A stretch of DNA of 64,000 bases, taken from the NCBI GenBank assembly GCA_951812955.1, contig OX638340.1, positions 192,001 through 256,000 of the forward strand, given 5' to 3'. Position 1 is the first letter of the stretch. Each line of letters starts with the position of its first letter. The DNA comes from an uncultured Gemmatimonadota bacterium (GTDB lineage Bacteria; JAAXHH01). A model generated the notes under the pieces. It worked only from the letters and a program-made list of their open reading frames with translations. It was not told the DNA's origin and did not search any database. Both the position numbers and the translations under genes were made by a program. Below, one piece after another: positions 59,205 to 64,000 of the stretch.

Positions 59205-59966
59205 ATGCTTCGTTCAGCATCGATCGGACAGAGTCCCAAAGCCCAATTAACCAACATGTTACGTACGGTAGGCAGCGCGGTAATGGACCTGGTCTATCCC
59301 CCATGCTGCGTGTCCTGCCGGGTCCGGGTTTTCGATGGCTGCCGCGTAATCTGCAGGGTCTGCGAATCGGGACTGCTGCCGATTGATGCGCCATTCTGCG
59401 AACGATGCGGCAATCCGCTGGACACACCGGTAGTCCCCTGTCCGGCCTGCCCGGGCCGTACGTTCTATTTCGACGGCGCAATTTCCGGGTTCGAGTTCAA
59501 CCGGCCGCTACAGGATCTAATCCATCAGCTCAAGTACCGGAACCGGCCCGGCATCGGGTTGTTCCTGGGATCCTTACTGGCAAAAAGGGTTGAACAGGAA
59601 CCGGGGATGCCGCATATTACGGGCGTTATGCCCGTGCCCCTGCATCCCTTGAGAAACCGGGAAAGGGGGTATAACCAGAGCGCGTACATCGCGCGGGGTA
59701 TATCGGATGTAATGGGGATTCCGGTATTGGAAAACGTGCTTGCCCGGACCCGTAACACCCCGACGCAGACCTCGTTGAGTCCCGAAGAACGAATGGCCAA
59801 TGTCGAGGGCGTATTCGAAATCTGCGATGTCGAGGCCGTGCGTGACGCCACGATATCGCTTGTAGACGATATATTCACGACTGGGGCAACGATTAACAGT
59901 TGCGCCCGAGCTTTGCTTCAGGCCGGCGCCGAAAGGGTATTCGCCCTGACCGTTGCGCGCGCCTGA
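59205..59966 (+). CDS. comF: ComF-family protein (phosphoribosyltransferase domain, ComFC-like)
   Basis: N-terminal Zn-finger cysteines (PPCCVSC...CRVC...CERCG...CPAC), C-terminal PRTase loop LVDDIFTTGAT; alternative ATG at 59256. Confidence 0.75.
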   Translation: MLRSASIGQSPKAQLTNMLRTVGSAVMDLVYPPCCVSCRVRVFDGCRVICRVCESGLLPIDAPFCERCGNPLDTPVVPCPACPGRTFYFDGAISGFEFNRPLQDLIHQLKYRNRPGIGLFLGSLLAKRVEQEPGMPHITGVMPVPLHPLRNRERGYNQSAYIARGISDVMGIPVLENVLARTRNTPTQTSLSPEERMANVEGVFEICDVEAVRDATISLVDDIFTTGATINSCARALLQAGAERVFALTVARA

Positions 59967-59995
59967 AACCCCTCCGTTTCACATTCAGGCGGGAG

Positions 59996-61039
59996 ATGAA
60001 ATCACAAATGCAAATCGGCATATTGACGGGTGGCGGCGATTGTCCGGGATTGAACGCCGCGATCCGGGCGGTGACAAGGCGCTCGATCAAGACCTATGGA
60101 TCGACGGTCCTGGGTATACGTAATGGATGGGCTGGATTGATAAACAACAATACCAGTCCACTCGACCTGGTTTCCGTATCGGGTATCCTTCACAGGGGCG
60201 GCACCATCCTGGGCACTTCCAGGACCAACCCGTTGAAGAACGAAGGAGATATCGATCGAATCCAGGAGAACGTCGGGAAACTGGGCCTGGACGCGGTGGT
60301 CGCCATAGGCGGCGAGGATACACTTGGCGCCGCGGCTGCCTTGAACGAAGCCGGCATACCCATGGTGGGCCTGCCGAAGACGATCGACAATGACATCGTC
60401 GGAACGGACATGACATTCGGTTTCGACACGGCGGTGACGATTGCCACAGACGCCATAGACCGCCTGCATACTACCGCGGAGTCCCACCACCGTGTGATGG
60501 TCATCGAGGTGATGGGGAGGCATACCGGCTGGATAGCGATCAAGTCGGGTATCGCCGGTGGAGCAGACTGCATCCTGATCCCGGAGGTGCCCATGACTCT
60601 GGACGAGGTCTGCGCACTCGTCAAACAGCGCATTGACCGGGGCAAGACCTTCAGCCTCGTCGTGGTAGCCGAAGGCTTCACGATGAAGGATTCCCAGGGC
60701 CACGTGACCCAGGATGACCAGGTAGATGAATTTGGACACGTGCGCCTGGGCGGTATCGGTGAAGTGATCGGCGCCGAGATCGAACGGCGGGCGCGGATAG
60801 AAACCCGTGTGACCACACTGGGATACACTCAGCGCGGAGGATCTCCGACGCCCTACGACCGGGTCCTGGCGACGAGATACGGAGTCACCGCGGCCGACCT
60901 GGTTCACAGCGGCGATTTTGGCAAGATGGTGGCACTGAAGGGCTCGAAGATCGGAACGGTGCCGCTCGCCGAAGTGACCGGCAGGATACGCACCGTCGAC
61001 ATGGAACTGTATGACATTGCCCAGGTATTTTTCGGTTAG
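59996..61039 (+). CDS. pfk: 6-phosphofructokinase, probably pyrophosphate-dependent type
   Basis: GGDCPGLNA, IGGEDT (Asp at the Gly104-equivalent) and PKTIDND (Lys at the Gly124-equivalent), the PPi-PFK signature pair. Confidence 0.82.
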   Translation: MKSQMQIGILTGGGDCPGLNAAIRAVTRRSIKTYGSTVLGIRNGWAGLINNNTSPLDLVSVSGILHRGGTILGTSRTNPLKNEGDIDRIQENVGKLGLDAVVAIGGEDTLGAAAALNEAGIPMVGLPKTIDNDIVGTDMTFGFDTAVTIATDAIDRLHTTAESHHRVMVIEVMGRHTGWIAIKSGIAGGADCILIPEVPMTLDEVCALVKQRIDRGKTFSLVVVAEGFTMKDSQGHVTQDDQVDEFGHVRLGGIGEVIGAEIERRARIETRVTTLGYTQRGGSPTPYDRVLATRYGVTAADLVHSGDFGKMVALKGSKIGTVPLAEVTGRIRTVDMELYDIAQVFFG

Positions 61040-61051
61040 TAAAACAACGGA

Positions 61052-61843
61052 GTGGATTTGAGTACGGCGTCGCGCCGGTTGATTATCGCCGGCAATTGGA
61101 AAATGCATACCGACGTGGTCGACGGCGCTTCGCTGGTCGCCGAGGTGGTCGAGTGCACGGCATCGCTTGCACTGGCCGCGGACCTTGTGCTGTGCCCTCC
61201 TTTTACCCATCTTGCCGTGGCCGCCACGCAGTTGTCACGCAGTTCGATTTCACTGGGCGCCCAGAACATGCACCAGGCGCCGGAAGGCGCGTACACGGGG
61301 GAAGTGTCGGCCAGAATGCTGTTGACTTCGGGGTGCAGGTACGTTATATTGGGGCACTCTGAAAGGCGGACGTATTTCGACGAAACGAATCACTCCGTCA
61401 ACGAAAAAGTGAAATCGGCCATTGCGGCGGGTCTAACCCCGATCCTCTGCGTCGGCGAGACGCTTCAGGACCGCGAAGCCGGCCGTACCGAACAGGTTGT
61501 CGACGAGCAGGTACGACAGGGTCTGTCGGATACGAAGCCGGAAAGTGCCGAAGATCTCGTCCTGGCTTACGAGCCGGTCTGGGCGATCGGGACCGGAAGG
61601 GTAGCCACGCCCGATCAGGCGGACCGGGTGCATGGTCACCTGAGGACGGTGATCGCGGATATGTATGACGACGATTTCGCCAGTCGGATCCGAATTCAGT
61701 ACGGGGGAAGTGTCAAACCTGAAAACGCGGGCGCGTTGATGTCCCGTCCGCACATTGATGGAGCACTTGTGGGTGGAGCCAGCCTGGACGCCTCGTCTTT
61801 CGAGGCCATTGTCCGGGCCGGACTGGGATTTGACGGCGGCTAA
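61052..61843 (+). CDS. tpiA: Triosephosphate isomerase
   Basis: IAGNWKMH, catalytic His in ILGHSERR, AYEPVWAIGTG; GTG/TTG start. Confidence 0.9.
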   Translation: MDLSTASRRLIIAGNWKMHTDVVDGASLVAEVVECTASLALAADLVLCPPFTHLAVAATQLSRSSISLGAQNMHQAPEGAYTGEVSARMLLTSGCRYVILGHSERRTYFDETNHSVNEKVKSAIAAGLTPILCVGETLQDREAGRTEQVVDEQVRQGLSDTKPESAEDLVLAYEPVWAIGTGRVATPDQADRVHGHLRTVIADMYDDDFASRIRIQYGGSVKPENAGALMSRPHIDGALVGGASLDASSFEAIVRAGLGFDGG

Positions 61844-61890
61844 CGAATCCTGATCCGCTGCCGCCTTTCGCCAATCGAAGGATACATACC

Positions 61891-62262
61891 GTGTTTACCA
61901 CCGCAGTTGCAATACACGTCGTGGTCTGTCTCGTTTTGATCCTGTCTGTCCTGTTGCAGTCGGGCAAGGGCGGTGGCTTGTCCAGCGCTTTCGGAGCGGG
62001 TGGCCCAACCGGCGGCATGGCCGGCCAGATGTTCGGCGGCCGGGGCGCCGCGACTTTCCTGGGTAAGGTGACGACCATATTGGCGACGCTTTACATGCTG
62101 ATCGTCATCGGTCTGAACCTGTTGCCCGACGATGCGCAACGCACACGCAGCATTATCCAGGAAGAAGCCCTGAGAAACCAGCAGGCGTCTCCCGCCCAGG
62201 GATTGCCCGACGCGGAATCGGGACTGCCCGCCGCTCCAGCGGACCAAGGGACCACGCCCTGA
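61891..62262 (+). CDS. secG: Protein-export membrane protein SecG
   Basis: VLLQSGKGGGLSSAFGAG SecG signature, two TM, 123 aa; GTG start. Confidence 0.85.
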   Translation: MFTTAVAIHVVVCLVLILSVLLQSGKGGGLSSAFGAGGPTGGMAGQMFGGRGAATFLGKVTTILATLYMLIVIGLNLLPDDAQRTRSIIQEEALRNQQASPAQGLPDAESGLPAAPADQGTTP

Positions 62263-62310
62263 CCCGTCGACCATCTCGCGGCGGTCCTTCCGCCGGGAAA
62301 TCGACGTGAC

Positions 62311-62394
62311 GCCGAAGTGGTGGAATTGGTAGACACGCTGTCTTGAGGGGGCAGTGGGAGAAATCCCGTCGCGGTTCGAATCCGCGCTTCGGCA
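62311..62394 (+). tRNA. leuU: tRNA-Leu (anticodon GAG), class II with long variable arm
   Basis: Acceptor GCCGAAG/CTTCGGC, D-loop AATTGGTAGA, anticodon stem CTGTC/GGCAG with loop TTGAGGG (anticodon GAG), long variable arm, T-arm CGCGG-TTCGAAT-CCGCG, discriminator A. Confidence 0.85.
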
Positions 62395-62455
62395 TCCTTA
62401 CCTTTACCTTTACACGCGTCTAACTTACCAGTCCACGTCATCCGGAAGGCGTCCT

Positions 62456-64000
62456 ATGCGTCCGGTGCGTCCATTGGTTCGCATGATCGCAGGCCTTGCG
62501 ACCCTCGCGATCGTCTCCACGTCCCCCGGCCAAAGCCAGCGGACGAATTCGGTAGGCAAGATCATGCCTCCGGATGCCGCTCCCCTGTCCCGTCAAATCA
62601 TCCGCGTGATGAACATGGAGCCGCGCGGCCTCGATTCCGGCATCCATCCCTACGACGACGAAGGGCTGGTCCTGAGACCCTTCGAAATGCTGATGTGGCG
62701 GGACGAATTCATGCGTCCGATACCGGGCGCGGCCGAACGTTACGAGCGTTCCGAAGATGGACTGACGTGGACGTTCCACCTGCGGCCCGGCGCCCGGTGG
62801 AGCGACGGCCGCCCGGTCACCGCGCACGACTTCGTCTATACGTTCAGGCGCAACATCGATCCTGCGTCGGGAAACATCTACGCGAACTTCTATTACGATT
62901 TCAAGAATGCGCGGGCGATAAACCAGGGTTGGATCGAGGACATCGAACAGCTGGGCGTACGTGCGCTGGACGACCTGACTCTGGTGATCGAGACCGAACA
63001 GCCGACGCCCTACCTACTATACATCATCTCATTTCCGGACACCTTTCCTGCGCCGCGCTGGGCCGTGGAAAAGTATGGGCGCAAATGGACAGAACAGGGC
63101 AACATCGTCACCAACAGCGGCTTCAAGATGGCCGAGTGGGCGCCCGGCAGCCACATCAAATACGTGCCGGATCCCATGTATAACGGTCCCCACAAGCCCT
63201 TTCTGGAACAGGTCGTCCAGTTGTTCCGCGAGGCCGCGGTGGCCAACATACTGCCCTATGAGAATGACGAGGTGGACATGGAAGCCGTCGATCTCGCGGA
63301 GCTCCACCGCATAGAAAACGACCCCCGCCTGGGGAAGGAGATCGTCCGTTCGCCGAGTTACCAGACCTGGTACTTTATCTTCCGAACCCGGGAACCGCCC
63401 TTTGATGACGTCCGGGTCCGGGAAGCTTTCACCCGGGCCATCGACCGCGAGTCGATCTGCCGCGTTATTCTCCAGGGTGCTGGCATCCCGGCTTACTCGA
63501 TGATTCCGCCTGGTTTCGACGCCTACGCGGGGCCGGAATACAAGCTGTATCAGGGTTATGATCCGGGACGGGCCCGGCAGCTCATGGCAGAGGCCGGCTA
63601 CCCGAGGGGGCGGGGGTTCCCAACCGTAGAAACCTGGCTCAGGGCGCCCAATCCCATCACCCGCCGTATCGCCGAGGCGATTCAGGGGATGTTGCGAACA
63701 GATCTCGGGGTGAATATCACTTTCCGCAGCAGCGATATGGGTTCCTACATGAGCGCACTCTTCGACTGGCAGATACCCCTCGGTTTCATTGCCTGGGGAG
63801 CGGATTATCTCGACCCGAGGAACATGCTGGACATGACCTGGCATTCGCGGCCGCGCGGGGCGCAGCGGCAGGATTGGACCCATCCGGCCTTCGACGATCT
63901 CGTGGACCGGGCGATCGCGGAGCCCGATCCCGCCCGGCGCACGGAGATGTACCGGCAGGCCGAACGGATCCTCGTATCCGACTACGGCGGCGCCTTCATC
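62456..64000 (+). CDS. ABC transporter substrate-binding protein, family 5 (oligo/dipeptide-binding, OppA/DppA-like); 3' end beyond window
   Basis: ATG at 62456, signal peptide (MRPVRPLVRMIAGLATLAIVSTSPGQS), open frame to window end with no stop; conserved SBP_bac_5-like segments; not in ORF track because no stop in window. Confidence 0.8.
   Translation, partial: MRPVRPLVRMIAGLATLAIVSTSPGQSQRTNSVGKIMPPDAAPLSRQIIRVMNMEPRGLDSGIHPYDDEGLVLRPFEMLMWRDEFMRPIPGAAERYERSEDGLTWTFHLRPGARWSDGRPVTAHDFVYTFRRNIDPASGNIYANFYYDFKNARAINQGWIEDIEQLGVRALDDLTLVIETEQPTPYLLYIISFPDTFPAPRWAVEKYGRKWTEQGNIVTNSGFKMAEWAPGSHIKYVPDPMYNGPHKPFLEQVVQLFREAAVANILPYENDEVDMEAVDLAELHRIENDPRLGKEIVRSPSYQTWYFIFRTREPPFDDVRVREAFTRAIDRESICRVILQGAGIPAYSMIPPGFDAYAGPEYKLYQGYDPGRARQLMAEAGYPRGRGFPTVETWLRAPNPITRRIAEAIQGMLRTDLGVNITFRSSDMGSYMSALFDWQIPLGFIAWGADYLDPRNMLDMTWHSRPRGAQRQDWTHPAFDDLVDRAIAEPDPARRTEMYRQAERILVSDYGGAFI

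Overview
This 64-kb window comes from a high-GC (roughly 63%) bacterial chromosome and is densely packed with core housekeeping genes. All but one gene lie on the + strand.

Gene order:
- Respiratory complex I, nuoF (5' end cut by the window edge) through nuoN.
- An IspB-like polyprenyl diphosphate synthase.
- A roughly 14-kb envelope-glycan (LPS-core-like) locus: three WaaE-like GT2 paralogs, one larger GT2, a GT4, three GT9 heptosyltransferase-like genes, an MsbA-like ABC exporter and a radical-SAM/SPASM enzyme. Embedded in it is a SAM-methyltransferase/DUF4212/sodium:solute-symporter operon.
- RNase G, then rplU-rpmA, then a large phosphohexomutase-family gene.
- ppiD, the only minus-strand gene.
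- rpmE-prfA-prmC-proC.
- A division/cell-wall (dcw) cluster (mraZ-rsmH-ftsL-ftsI-murE-murF-ftsW-murC-murB-ftsQ-ftsA-ftsZ) that lacks mraY, murD, murG and ddl.
- valS with a translationally coupled PHP phosphoesterase.
- mreBCD-mrdA-rodA, lgt and comF.
- pfk (PPi-type signature)-tpiA-secG-tRNA-Leu(GAG).
- The start of a family-5 peptide-binding protein gene, running off the window end.

Several intergenic regions carry near-consensus TTGACA-N17-TAnnnT promoters. The mraZ promoter is followed by three GTGGG boxes at 10-bp spacing, a likely MraZ operator.

I found no transposases, integrases, CRISPR arrays or recognisable toxin-antitoxin or phage-defence genes, and no clear-cut novel multi-gene system. 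The most unusual signals are listed as findings: short tandem repeats inside msbA and murE, repeat elements in two intergenic regions, the atypical dcw content, and the rSAM/SPASM and transporter genes inside the glycan locus.

All calls rest on reading motifs in the provided translations and DNA. No database searches were run.
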